A DNA stretch of 64,000 nucleotides from NCBI GenBank assembly GCA_963814345.1, contig CAWFCT010000022.1:171693-235692 (forward strand). Direction: 5' to 3'. Shown one piece after another: positions 44,397 through 53,952 of the stretch (the first letter of the stretch is position 1; every line of letters begins with the position of its first letter). The notes under the pieces were generated by a model. It was given only the letters and a program-made list of their open reading frames with translations. It had not been told where the DNA came from and did no database searches. The position numbers and the translations under genes are program-made. This DNA comes from an uncultured Gemmatimonadaceae bacterium (GTDB lineage Bacteria > Gemmatimonadota > Gemmatimonadetes > Gemmatimonadales > Gemmatimonadaceae).

Positions 44397-44405
44397 TGTG
44401 GATAA
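44397..44405 (-). promoter_or_regulatory. Perfect DnaA-box 9-mer (TTATCCACA on the minus strand) in the ogt/ftsZ divergent intergenic region
   Basis: Read directly: TGTGGATAA at 44397-44405. A degenerate copy, AAATCCACA, lies on the + strand at 44361-44369. Confidence 0.4.
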
Positions 44406-44602
44406 GAAACGCGTACTCTTTCACCGCGTCCCTCGTCCTACATGCGGGGGTAGTCGCAAGCGGTAAAAGCATTATATTGCCGCAACTGATTACACCACTG
44501 TGGCGTGCGACATTCCGACACGCCCGGTTCCCGGTCCCGTCCGGCGATCGGCAAGGTGAACGCCGACCGTTCCCACCTCGCAAGTGCGGGAGTTCCACTC
44601 GC

Positions 44603-45790
44603 ATGGTCTTCGAGTTCGAGGAAAACGCGACTCAACACGCCCGGATGAAGGTCGTGGGCGTTGGCGGCGGCGGTGGCAACGCCGTCAATCGCATGATCGA
44701 GGAACGCCTCGAGTATGTCGAGTTCATCTCGGTCAATACCGACAATCAGGCCCTGCTGAACTCGAAGTCGGACATGAAGGTCCAGATCGGCAAGAAGCTG
44801 ACGCGTGGGCTGGGCGCAGGGGCTCGTCCGGAGATCGGACGCCAGGCGATCGAGGAGAATCGGGAAGAGGTGGCCGCGACGCTGCAGGGCGCGGACCTGG
44901 TGTTCATCACCTGCGGCATGGGTGGCGGCACGGGTACCGGCGCGGCACCGGTGGTGGCCGAGCTGGCGCGTGCGGCGGGCGCCCTGACCGTGGGCATCGT
45001 GACCAAGCCCTTCCTGTTCGAGGGGCGGAAGCGGATGCGGCAGGCCGAGCAGGGCATCGCCGAGATGCGCAAGAACGTGGATACCATGATCGTGGTCCCC
45101 AACGAGCGGCTGCTGGCCGTGGTGGGCAAGGGGATTCCGTTCCAGGATGCACTGAAGAAGGCCGACGAGGTGCTGCTGCACGCTACGCAGGGCATCAGCA
45201 CGCTGATCACCAAGCCGGGCCTGGTGAACGTGGACTTCGCCGATGTGCGCACCGTGATGCGCGAGGGCGGGTCGGCGCTCATGGGAACGGGCGTGGGCCG
45301 CGGCGAGAACCGCTCCATGGAAGCGGCGCAGCAGGCGATCTCGAGCCCGCTGCTCGACAACGTGTCGATCTCCGGGTCGCGCGGCGTGCTGCTCAACATC
45401 ACCGGCGGCGGCGATCTCACGCTGGGTGAGGTGACCCAGATCAGTGACATCGTCCACGACGCGGCGGGTGACGACGCCGAGATCATCTTCGGTGCGGTGC
45501 ACGAGCCCGCCATGCAGGGTGAACTGCGGGTGACCGTCATCGCCACCGGGTTCGACAAGACGGTGGCCACCGGACTCACGCCGGCACACGACCTCAAGGG
45601 CGCGCCGGTCATTCCGTTCCCGAGAGTACGGCCCGGGCGTGCCGGCGCGGTGCCGATGCGCAGCACGGGGAGCGCGCCGGCCGATCAGTCGCGTCAGGCC
45701 AGGCCCGCGGAGCCGGACGACAAGGAGAAGGGGCCGGGCGATCTCAGCGACATGGAGATCCCGACCTTCATCCGGAGGCAGATGGATTGA
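44603..45790 (+). CDS. ftsZ: Cell-division GTPase FtsZ
   Basis: I chose the ATG at 44603 (MVFEFEEN...[16 protein letters not shown]). Tubulin signature [13 protein letters not shown], plus NTDNQAL. The C-terminal peptide [11 protein letters not shown] is the conserved FtsA/ZipA-binding tail. Confidence 0.95.
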   Translation: MVFEFEENATQHARMKVVGVGGGGGNAVNRMIEERLEYVEFISVNTDNQALLNSKSDMKVQIGKKLTRGLGAGARPEIGRQAIEENREEVAATLQGADLVFITCGMGGGTGTGAAPVVAELARAAGALTVGIVTKPFLFEGRKRMRQAEQGIAEMRKNVDTMIVVPNERLLAVVGKGIPFQDALKKADEVLLHATQGISTLITKPGLVNVDFADVRTVMREGGSALMGTGVGRGENRSMEAAQQAISSPLLDNVSISGSRGVLLNITGGGDLTLGEVTQISDIVHDAAGDDAEIIFGAVHEPAMQGELRVTVIATGFDKTVATGLTPAHDLKGAPVIPFPRVRPGRAGAVPMRSTGSAPADQSRQARPAEPDDKEKGPGDLSDMEIPTFIRRQMD

Positions 45791-47058
45791 CGGTTCGCGG
45801 CGCGCGCGTCATCACCTATCTGGTGGTGGCCCTTCTTGCTTTCGTCGCCATCCGCGTGACGACCCCGGTGGCCTCGGCCGGCGGCCAGGTGGTGCCGCGG
45901 GATACGCTGCCGACGCCCAGCTGGGATCTCTCGTACGACAGCGTGGCGCGCGGTGAGACGCTCGTCAATGCCCTCGTGCGCGGCGGGCTGAGCGACACGG
46001 CGGCGGGGAGCGTGGTGCGGGCGGCCATCCCCGCCATCGATCCGCGGCGGATTCCCGTGGGGCTGCCGGTGGCGGTTCTCCACGCGGCCCCCACCGATTC
46101 GCAGCCGGTTGAGGTGGTGGTGGAATTGGCCACCGACCACTACCTCCATCTGACCCGCGATTCCAGCGGATGGACGGAGCGCGACGAGCGCCTGCCGTGG
46201 AAGACCGACACGATCGCCATCCAGGGCACGATCCACACGAATCTCTACCAGGCGATGTACGCGGCGGCGGACAGCGCGCTGCCCCGCGACGCGCAGAACG
46301 CGCTCGTGGTGAAGCTCGCGGACGACGTGTACGAGTATCGGGTGGACATGAGCCGCGATCTGCAGGACGGCGACACCTTCCGCGTGATGGCCGAGCGGAG
46401 CACGCTCCCCAACGGCGTCGTGAAGATCGGTGACGTCGTGGCGGCGCAGCTGAATCTGTCGGGCACCGAGATCGACGCCGTGCACTTCACCGACGACAAA
46501 CTGGCCGGCAATTACTTCGATCAGAACGGCCGCTCGCTCAAGGCCGCGTTCCTGCGCGTGCCGCTCAAGTTCAAGTACATCACCAGCGGGTTCGGCGAGC
46601 GATTCCATCCGATCCTCAAGCGCTGGCGCGAGCACAAGGGCATCGACTACGCGGCCAATGCGGGAACTCCGGTGCGCGCCATCGGTGCCGGCGTGGTGGT
46701 GCGGGCCGGTGTGGCGAGCGGCTATGGCAATCTCATCGAGATCCGGCATGCCAACGGCTTCTCGTCGCGCTACGGACACCTGCGCGCCTTCGCCCGGGGT
46801 ATCCACGCCGGCGCTCATGTGGACATCGGCCAGACCATCGGCTACGTCGGCATGACGGGGCTGGCCACCGGGCCGCACCTGCATTTCGAGTTCCTGGTGC
46901 ACGGCGTGCAGCGCAATCCGCGCGTCGCGCTCCGGAACGTGGGTGGCGACCCGATCCCCAAGGCGCTCATGGCGTCGTTCGATTCGCTGCGCAACCGGCT
47001 GATCGGCGCCATGGTGGCCAGCACGGGACGAGTGACGACCGTCGCGGTCGGTCAGTAG
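45787..47058 (+). CDS. M23/LytM-family metalloendopeptidase
   Basis: Catalytic motifs HKGIDYAA (HxxxD) and GPHLHFEF (HxH) are intact, and there is an N-terminal TM helix. The TTG start at 45787 overlaps the ftsZ stop; the start codon is uncertain. Confidence 0.8.
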   Translation: MTVRGARVITYLVVALLAFVAIRVTTPVASAGGQVVPRDTLPTPSWDLSYDSVARGETLVNALVRGGLSDTAAGSVVRAAIPAIDPRRIPVGLPVAVLHAAPTDSQPVEVVVELATDHYLHLTRDSSGWTERDERLPWKTDTIAIQGTIHTNLYQAMYAAADSALPRDAQNALVVKLADDVYEYRVDMSRDLQDGDTFRVMAERSTLPNGVVKIGDVVAAQLNLSGTEIDAVHFTDDKLAGNYFDQNGRSLKAAFLRVPLKFKYITSGFGERFHPILKRWREHKGIDYAANAGTPVRAIGAGVVVRAGVASGYGNLIEIRHANGFSSRYGHLRAFARGIHAGAHVDIGQTIGYVGMTGLATGPHLHFEFLVHGVQRNPRVALRNVGGDPIPKALMASFDSLRNRLIGAMVASTGRVTTVAVGQ

Positions 47059-47103
47059 TCTCGGCGCGCCCCGGCGGCGCCCACCACGGGGCGAGGGCCC
47101 ACG

Positions 47104-48924
47104 ATGCTCTGGCTGATCTCGCTGCTTGCCGGCCTCGCCGGCGCGCTCCTGCAGTACGGCTGGGCGGGGTGGGGGAGGCGGAGCGGGTTCAAGCAGGCCG
47201 CCGCCACGCCACTGCCCGCGCTGCTGCGCGCCGCCGCGTTCGCCGTGGTGGTGGCCCTGCTGCTGAATGCGCCGGCGGGGCGGTCGCGCGTCGCCCCGCC
47301 GTGGGTGGCGTTGGACGCGTCCCTGAGCATGTCGCGGGGCAGCGATCCGGCGGTGTGGCCCGCCGCGATCGACTCCGCACGCGCGGTCCACGCCGACTCG
47401 ATCTTCCTGTTCGGCGACTCGCTGCGCGCGGCCAACCCACCCGCGCAGCCTGCCGATCTGCACTCGAACGTTGACGCCGTGGTGCAACGGGCGCTCGCCA
47501 CGGGCCGCCGCGTGATCGTCGTGACCGACGGCGAGCTGCCACAGGCCGCCGAACTCCGCCAGCTTCCCGCGGGGTCGCGCGTGATCGTGGTGCCGCACGT
47601 CCGGGCGCCCGACGCCGCGGCGGTGAACCTGGACGCCCCGCGGGCCTTGGTGTCGGGCGACACCACGGAGATCCGGCTCACGGTGGGTGCCGGCGCCGGC
47701 GGGGCCGGGGCCGGCACCGTGCGCTTCTTCCTCGACGGGCGTGCGCTCGGCACGGGGCGCTTCGATTCCCTCGGCGCGTTCGCCGAGCAGGATGTCACGC
47801 TCCGAACGGCGATCGTGGCGCCCGAGGGGCCGGCGGAGTTGCGCGCCGTGGTGGTGGCCGCGGCGGATGCGGAGCCGCGCAACGACTCCCTCGGCATGGG
47901 AATCGACCTGTCGCGACAGCCGGGCGCAGTGTTCGTGTCCACGTCGCCCGATTACGACGCACGCTATGCGCTGGCGGTCCTGCGAGGGGCGCTGGCGCTT
48001 CCCACCCGCGCCTTCTACCACCTGTCGCCCGGGAACTGGCGGGTGGATGGCAGCTACGCGCCGATCACCGAAGCCCAGGTGCGCGCCGCGTTCCGCGATG
48101 CGCCGGTGGCGATCCTCCACGGTGACACGGCGGTGTTCGGTCCGCCGCGCCAGGCCACGCGGGCGCCGCTGGCGCTCATCGTGCCGTCGGCGGGGGACGG
48201 GCACGAGTGGTACGTGAACGCGGCTCCGGTATCACCGCTCAGTGCAGCACTCGCCGGCCTGCCCTGGGATTCGCTGCCGCCCCTGCTCGTGGGGGGCGGA
48301 CCGGAGCCCAAGGGCCAGTGGCGCGCGCTCGACGCCCGGCGCGGACGCGAGGCGCTCACGCGGACGATCGTCGCCGGTGACGACTCTCCGCGGCGCGTGG
48401 TGGTGGTGGCCGCCTCCGACCTGTGGCGATGGGAGTTCCGCGGCGGCCCGTCGGCCGACGCGTTCACCGCGCTCTGGGGGAGCATCTTCGACTATCTCGC
48501 GTCGCAGCGCGCCGACCGGCGGGCTGCCGTGCCCGATGCGGGCGTGCTGCGCGCCGGGGACGCCGTCACGTGGCGGCGCGGCGCGTCGGGCGACAGCGAC
48601 GTGGCCGTCGCACTCCAGCGGCCGGAGAGTCGAGGTGCGGACACCCTCCGGTTGCGCTTTCCGGCCGGAGCCGCGGTGGTGCGCTCGGCGCCGCTGCCGC
48701 CGGGGCGATACACGGCGCGTATGGCCGGCGGCAGCGCCGTGCTGGTGGTGAATGCGGCCGACGAACTCGTGCCGCGCGCGCCGGGCATCCGGTCGGGGCG
48801 CATCGGCGGGACGCCGCCGCGCGGAGCGGCGCCCGGGGCGCGTGACACGGGCTGGATCTATGCGCTGCTCGTGCTGCTCCTGTGCGCGGAGTGGCTGTTG
48901 CGCCGCCGCGCGGGAATGCGATGA
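47104..48924 (+). CDS. Hypothetical membrane protein with N-terminal double-TM region and vWA/MIDAS-like DxSxS motif (BatA-like)
   Basis: N-terminus MLWLISLLAGLAGALLQYGW...AAFAVVVALLLNA, then VALDASLSMS (DxSxS). A C-terminal TM anchor WIYALLVLLLCAEWLLRRR. The domain call is tentative. Confidence 0.45.
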   Translation: MLWLISLLAGLAGALLQYGWAGWGRRSGFKQAAATPLPALLRAAAFAVVVALLLNAPAGRSRVAPPWVALDASLSMSRGSDPAVWPAAIDSARAVHADSIFLFGDSLRAANPPAQPADLHSNVDAVVQRALATGRRVIVVTDGELPQAAELRQLPAGSRVIVVPHVRAPDAAAVNLDAPRALVSGDTTEIRLTVGAGAGGAGAGTVRFFLDGRALGTGRFDSLGAFAEQDVTLRTAIVAPEGPAELRAVVVAAADAEPRNDSLGMGIDLSRQPGAVFVSTSPDYDARYALAVLRGALALPTRAFYHLSPGNWRVDGSYAPITEAQVRAAFRDAPVAILHGDTAVFGPPRQATRAPLALIVPSAGDGHEWYVNAAPVSPLSAALAGLPWDSLPPLLVGGGPEPKGQWRALDARRGREALTRTIVAGDDSPRRVVVVAASDLWRWEFRGGPSADAFTALWGSIFDYLASQRADRRAAVPDAGVLRAGDAVTWRRGASGDSDVAVALQRPESRGADTLRLRFPAGAAVVRSAPLPPGRYTARMAGGSAVLVVNAADELVPRAPGIRSGRIGGTPPRGAAPGARDTGWIYALLVLLLCAEWLLRRRAGMR

Positions 48925-48957
48925 TGCGTCGGGACCGCCACCGTTAGATTCTCTGCC

Positions 48958-49893
48958 ATGCCCCGCCTCCTCCGAAAATCCGGCGATACCCCCCGGCGCA
49001 CGTTCTGGCAGCGCGTCAAGGACGTGGCCCTCCGGGACGTGGGCGTCATGGTGCGGGGCGGGGTCAAGCAGGGATCGCTGGAGCAGCTCGAGGAATTGCT
49101 GCTCGAGGCCGACTTCGGCGTACCGGTGACCCTGCGGCTCGTGGCGGCGGTCGAGGACCGGGCCAAGCGCGGCCAGGTGAAGACCGAAGAGGAATTCCGG
49201 CTGGCCCTTGCCGAGGGCGTGGAGGGCGCGCTGCGGGCGGGGAACAGCGATCCGGCGCTCGCGCTGCCCGGCGCGCGGCCGGCCGTCGTGCTGATCATCG
49301 GGGTGAACGGCGCCGGCAAGACGACGTTCATCGGCAAGCTGGCGGCGAAGCTGCGCGGGGAGGGCAAGCGCGTGATGGTGGCGGCGGGGGACACCTTCCG
49401 GGCCGGCGCCATCGATCAGCTCCGCGTGTGGGCCGATCGCACGGGGGCGGAGTTCGTGGGAGCGCAGCCGGGGGCCGATCCCGCCGCGGTGGCGTTCGAC
49501 GCGATCGACGCTGCCGTGGCACGCGGCGTGGACGTGCTGATCGTCGATACGGCGGGGCGGCTGCACACGAGCGGCGGCCTGATGGACGAGCTGCGCAAGG
49601 TGGCGCGCGTCATCGGCAAGCGGTTGGAGGGGGCGCCGCACGAAACGCTGCTCGTGCTCGACGGAACGATCGGGCAGAACGCGGTGGCCCAGGCGCGCAC
49701 GTTCACGGCCGCGGTGCCGGTGACGGGGTTGGTGGTCACGAAGCTCGATGGCACGGCGCGGGGCGGGGTGGTGGTGGCGGTGCACGAAGCCATCGACGTG
49801 CCGGTGAAGTTCCTCGGTGTGGGCGAAGCGGCCGAGGATCTCGAGCCGTTCGATCCTGCGGAGTTCGCGCGGGAGCTGTTGAGCGACGAGTAG
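48958..49893 (+). CDS. ftsY: Signal recognition particle receptor FtsY (short form)
   Basis: NG-domain motifs GVNGAGKTTFIGKLA, DTFRAGAIDQL, DTAGRLH and TKLDGTARGG. Confidence 0.92.
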   Translation: MPRLLRKSGDTPRRTFWQRVKDVALRDVGVMVRGGVKQGSLEQLEELLLEADFGVPVTLRLVAAVEDRAKRGQVKTEEEFRLALAEGVEGALRAGNSDPALALPGARPAVVLIIGVNGAGKTTFIGKLAAKLRGEGKRVMVAAGDTFRAGAIDQLRVWADRTGAEFVGAQPGADPAAVAFDAIDAAVARGVDVLIVDTAGRLHTSGGLMDELRKVARVIGKRLEGAPHETLLVLDGTIGQNAVAQARTFTAAVPVTGLVVTKLDGTARGGVVVAVHEAIDVPVKFLGVGEAAEDLEPFDPAEFARELLSDE

Positions 49894-49894
49894 C

Positions 49895-51997
49895 ATGCCG
49901 TCGGCGAATCCGCGGGTCACGCTGGACACGCCGATCACGTACCTCAAGGGCGTCGGCCCGCGGCGCGCCGCGGCGTTCGAGAAGCTGAACGTCACGACCG
50001 CCGGCGACCTGCTGTGGCTCATTCCGCATCGCTACGAGGATGCGAGTACGGTGTCGCGCATCGCGTCGCTCCGGACGGGCGCCGACGCCACCGTGATCGG
50101 CCGCGTGATCTCCAAGGGTGTGCTGCCCACGCGCCGGGGCCTGCGGATCTTCCAGGCGGTGCTGCAGGACGACAGCGGCATGATCGAAGCCGCGTGGCCG
50201 GGACAGCCCTTCCTCGACCGCAGCATCAACAAGGGCGACGTGTTGCTCGCGTCGGGCACGGTGCGCTTCTATCACGGACGCCAGCTGGCCCCGCGCGAGT
50301 TCGTGAACCTCGGCCCCGACGACGAGGGCACGGAACGGGGACGGGTGCTCGCCGTGTATCCGGCCACCGAAGGACTGTCGTTCAAGGTCATCCGGAACAT
50401 CGTGGACGCCCATCTGGATGTGCTCCTGCCCCAGGTGAAGGAGTACTTCCCGCCGGCGATCGTCCGGGGGGCCGGCGTGGCCGGCATCACCGACGCGCTT
50501 CGCATGGTGCACCGCCCGCAGACGATGGCCGAGGCGATGGCGGGCCGCGACCGGCTGGCGTTCGAGGAACTGTTCTTCGTGCATCTGCTGCACCAGCGGG
50601 TCAAGGCGCTGGCGCGCGAAACGCGACGCGGCATCCGGTTCGAGAACAAGCGCCGTCTCACGACGCAACTGCGCGAGTCGCTGCCTTACACGCTCACCAA
50701 CGCCCAGGTACGCGCCCTGCGTGAGATCGTGGACGACATGTGCAGCGACCGGCGCATGCATCGCCTGTTGCAGGGCGACGTGGGAAGCGGCAAGACGATC
50801 GTCGCGCTGTTCGCGGCGCTGCTCGCGTTGGAGAACGGGTTCCAGGCCGCGATCATGGTCCCCACCGAATTGCTGGCCGAGCAGCACCACCGGACCATCA
50901 CCGGACTCCTGGCCCCGCTCGGCGTGGCCCCGTTGCTGCTCACGGGCAGCCTGTCCACCAAGGCCCGCCGGGAGGTGGCGGGGCGGCTGTCGCAGGCCGA
51001 GCCGTCGCTGGCGCAGGAATGGCCGGAACTCGTGATCGGTACGCACGCGCTGGTCCAGGCGGCCACGGAGTTCGCCCGCCTCGGGTTCGTGGCCATCGAC
51101 GAGCAGCACCGGTTCGGCGTGGAGCAGCGCAAGGCGCTGGCCGCCAAGGGCGAGATGCCCGACGTGCTGCTGATGAGCGCCACGCCCATCCCCCGGTCGC
51201 TGGCGCTCACGGTCTACGGCGACCTCGACGTCAGCTTCCTCGACGAGCGGCCCCCCGGGCGGCGGCCGATCACGACCACGCTGCGATCGAACGCGTCGCG
51301 CGACCGGCTGATGGCGTTCGTCGACCGCGAGGTGGAAAAGGGACGCCAGGCGTACATCGTCTATCCGGTGATCGAGGAATCGGAGAAGCTCGATCTCAAG
51401 GCGGCGACGACGAGCTACGAGGAACTGCGCGCCGGGCCGTTCGCGCACCGCCGTGTGGCGCTGCTCCACGGGCGCATCCCCAACGACGAGCGCGACGACA
51501 TCATGCGCCGGTTTCGGGATGGCGCCATCGACATTCTCGTGGCGACCACGGTGATCGAGGTCGGCATCGACGTACCCAATGCCACGGTGATGGTCATCGA
51601 ACATCCCGAGCGCTTCGGCCTGTCGCAGCTGCACCAGCTGCGCGGCCGCGTGGGACGCGGCGGGGAGCAGAGCTACTGCATTCTGCTCGGCGACATGGGG
51701 CGGGAGTCACGGCAGCGTCTGCAGATCTTCGTGGAGACGGAAGACGGGTTCCGGATCGCCGAGGCCGATCTGCGCATGCGGGGCATGGGCGACCTGTTCG
51801 GGGAGCGGCAGAGCGGGGTGCCGACGTTCAAAGTGGCCGATCCGATGCGCGACGCCGCCCTGAGCGACCATGCGCGGGAAGCGGCGGCTACGCTGCTGGC
51901 CAGCGATCCCGAGTTGCGGTCGCGAGAGGATACCCCCCTGCGCCGGGTGCTCGGCGCCCGGTACGCGCGCGCCGTCGAACTCTTCCACGTCGGCTGA
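49895..51997 (+). CDS. recG: ATP-dependent DNA helicase RecG
   Basis: A wedge/OB N-terminal domain, then helicase motifs GDVGSGKT, DEQHRFGV, SATPIPRS and QLHQLRGRVGRG. Confidence 0.93.
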   Translation: MPSANPRVTLDTPITYLKGVGPRRAAAFEKLNVTTAGDLLWLIPHRYEDASTVSRIASLRTGADATVIGRVISKGVLPTRRGLRIFQAVLQDDSGMIEAAWPGQPFLDRSINKGDVLLASGTVRFYHGRQLAPREFVNLGPDDEGTERGRVLAVYPATEGLSFKVIRNIVDAHLDVLLPQVKEYFPPAIVRGAGVAGITDALRMVHRPQTMAEAMAGRDRLAFEELFFVHLLHQRVKALARETRRGIRFENKRRLTTQLRESLPYTLTNAQVRALREIVDDMCSDRRMHRLLQGDVGSGKTIVALFAALLALENGFQAAIMVPTELLAEQHHRTITGLLAPLGVAPLLLTGSLSTKARREVAGRLSQAEPSLAQEWPELVIGTHALVQAATEFARLGFVAIDEQHRFGVEQRKALAAKGEMPDVLLMSATPIPRSLALTVYGDLDVSFLDERPPGRRPITTTLRSNASRDRLMAFVDREVEKGRQAYIVYPVIEESEKLDLKAATTSYEELRAGPFAHRRVALLHGRIPNDERDDIMRRFRDGAIDILVATTVIEVGIDVPNATVMVIEHPERFGLSQLHQLRGRVGRGGEQSYCILLGDMGRESRQRLQIFVETEDGFRIAEADLRMRGMGDLFGERQSGVPTFKVADPMRDAALSDHAREAAATLLASDPELRSREDTPLRRVLGARYARAVELFHVG

Positions 51998-52152
51998 GGC
52001 GCCGCCCGGCCCCGGGTGGGGGTTGACCGGAAGGGGGCGGCCCGTGAGGGTTCCACAGCCGCGGAGCCGCCGCATTTCCAACGTTCCGCGCGCCGATGCG
52101 TAGTTCTCACAGTGTGTTCAACTCGATTCAAGGACTCCCAAGGACCTCGATA

Positions 52153-52581
52153 ATGCGTCGTTTCTTCGCGTTCCTGATCGTTATTGGCGGATTGGCGGCC
52201 GTTGCCGCGCCGGCGTCGGCACAATCGTCCATCGCCCCGCTGCCGTCGGGCGTGACCCTTCGCATCAATGGGCCCGGCTCGAACATCATCGGCGTGCTGT
52301 ATGAGCAGTCGATCGATTCGGTGTGGGTACGGCCGCGCGGCGACAATACGATGGTCCGGAGCATCGCCGTCTCGCGCATCACGCGCGTGGACCAGGAGCG
52401 GCCGGAATATGCCAAGAGCATCCTCGTCGGCACCGGGATCGGCATTCTCGTCGGGGCGGCGCTCTACCCGATCACGTCGCACAACGATCATGACGTCTTC
52501 ATCGGACTGAGCGTGATCGGCGGTGCGGTGGCGGGCATGCTGTTCCCGCACGCCGGTTGGGTGCCCGTGCTGCTGCATTGA
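52153..52581 (+). CDS. Hypothetical exported/membrane protein, 142 aa
   Basis: I chose the ATG at 52153: signal peptide MRRFFAFLIVIGGLAAVAAPASAQ. The C-terminal hydrophobic glycine-zipper-like segment is ILVGTGIGILVGAALY...GLSVIGGAVAGMLF. Confidence 0.5.
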   Translation: MRRFFAFLIVIGGLAAVAAPASAQSSIAPLPSGVTLRINGPGSNIIGVLYEQSIDSVWVRPRGDNTMVRSIAVSRITRVDQERPEYAKSILVGTGIGILVGAALYPITSHNDHDVFIGLSVIGGAVAGMLFPHAGWVPVLLH

Positions 52582-52788
52582 GAGGGATAGGAAATTCGAT
52601 TCCCTTGTGTAATGGCGATGCCGGGATGGAAGCCGTGCGGCAAGCGCGGCCCTGCGGTCGCGTGGGGGCCCCCGTGCGGCGCCGCGGGACTGGCGGAGGT
52701 GCGCCAGAATCCGGTCGATCACCGGGCTCTCGGTAATTCGAGACGAAGCTGGCGTTGAAGCGGGATCCGAACGTGGAGTGGGTGCAAT

Positions 52789-53697
52789 ATGAAGGTGCAG
52801 ACGATTCTGTTTGCGACCTGCTGGCTGGCCTTCGGCGCCTCACCGCTGTTTGGACAGGGCGATAGCGCCCGCTTCGCTTCCGTCATCGCTTGCATGCGAG
52901 CGCATCCAGAACGCGCGGGCGCTCCGGTGGTCGTGTATGCATACACGCACGTGGACCCGACGCAGGAGCAGGCCGCGTCGGTGCGGCTCGCGGCTGAGAA
53001 CCTCCTGCAACCCGTGGCCGACGGCATGGCGCGGCTGCTGGGCGTCAAACCGGGAGTACTTCCGATTTCCGACTCAACGATCCCGTGGTACGCCTCAAAG
53101 GCCGACGTCTACGTGGAGGCGTCCCGCGACGGGCGCGTCACCTACCATACTTACTCGAACGGTTCTACCACCGCCGCGGAGCGCTTCATCGAGTTGGCCA
53201 TCGACTCGGCTGTCGCTCATGAGAACGGCCCGCTGGTCGTGAACCCGGACGGCACGCCGCCTCCCGATCGGGCCCACTTTCACATCCTCACAGGGCACGC
53301 CGCCACGGGCGTCGAGGGGTACTCGTTCCCAATGGCATACGAGGGGGCCGCGGTGCCCTTGTTCGCAACGCGCTTCCCATCGTCCACGCAGGTGGACGGA
53401 CCGATGGACTTCGTGCCGCCCCAGTTTCCCAAGGACTCCACGCTGTCGTACGTGGACGGGAGGGTCATCGAGCGGTTTCTCGTCGATACGAATGGGCGCG
53501 CCGTGCCGTCGTCCATCCGTGACGTGTGGCCCCACGGCGTTTCAAGACTTACCGGGGACGAGAGCAACTATTGGGACGAGTTCGTCTCGGCCGTGCACAA
53601 CTGGTTGAAGGAGGCACACTTCAAACCGGCCACAATCGGTGGATGTCCCGTCCCGCAGATGGCCCAGGAGCCATTCGAGTTCCATATCGCCAGATAG
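52789..53697 (+). CDS. Hypothetical secreted protein with TonB-C-terminal-like domain
   Basis: Signal peptide MKVQTILFATCWLAFGASPLFGQ. The last ~90 aa (PPQFPKDS...GRVIERFLVDTNGRAV...WLKEAHFKPATIGGCPVPQMAQEPFEF) resemble a TonB_C fold. The call is tentative. Confidence 0.45.
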   Translation: MKVQTILFATCWLAFGASPLFGQGDSARFASVIACMRAHPERAGAPVVVYAYTHVDPTQEQAASVRLAAENLLQPVADGMARLLGVKPGVLPISDSTIPWYASKADVYVEASRDGRVTYHTYSNGSTTAAERFIELAIDSAVAHENGPLVVNPDGTPPPDRAHFHILTGHAATGVEGYSFPMAYEGAAVPLFATRFPSSTQVDGPMDFVPPQFPKDSTLSYVDGRVIERFLVDTNGRAVPSSIRDVWPHGVSRLTGDESNYWDEFVSAVHNWLKEAHFKPATIGGCPVPQMAQEPFEFHIAR

Positions 53698-53952
53698 CCG
53701 GCATCGATTCAGGGTTGGTCGATGCCGTCGGTCCGCCGGCCGGACGGCACCTTCTCCTCCCCAAGGGATGAGAAATTCGACTCCTGTCTGGACTGGCGCT
53801 GGCGGCGGCGGGTGTCGCCGCCCGTCGTGTTCTTGTCCCGCCGGGGGGCGGCGACTGCCCCACAGCCCCGCGGCATTCGCCCGACTTGGCGCCGTCACGG
53901 GCTGGTCTATCGTTTGGTGTCTACCAACGATTTCCAGAGGCGGGAGGCGATC

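Noticed and set aside
47059-47103. Weak GC hairpin after the LytM gene as a terminator
   Set aside because: The stem is short and imperfect (5 bp) with no T-tract. This is insufficient evidence.
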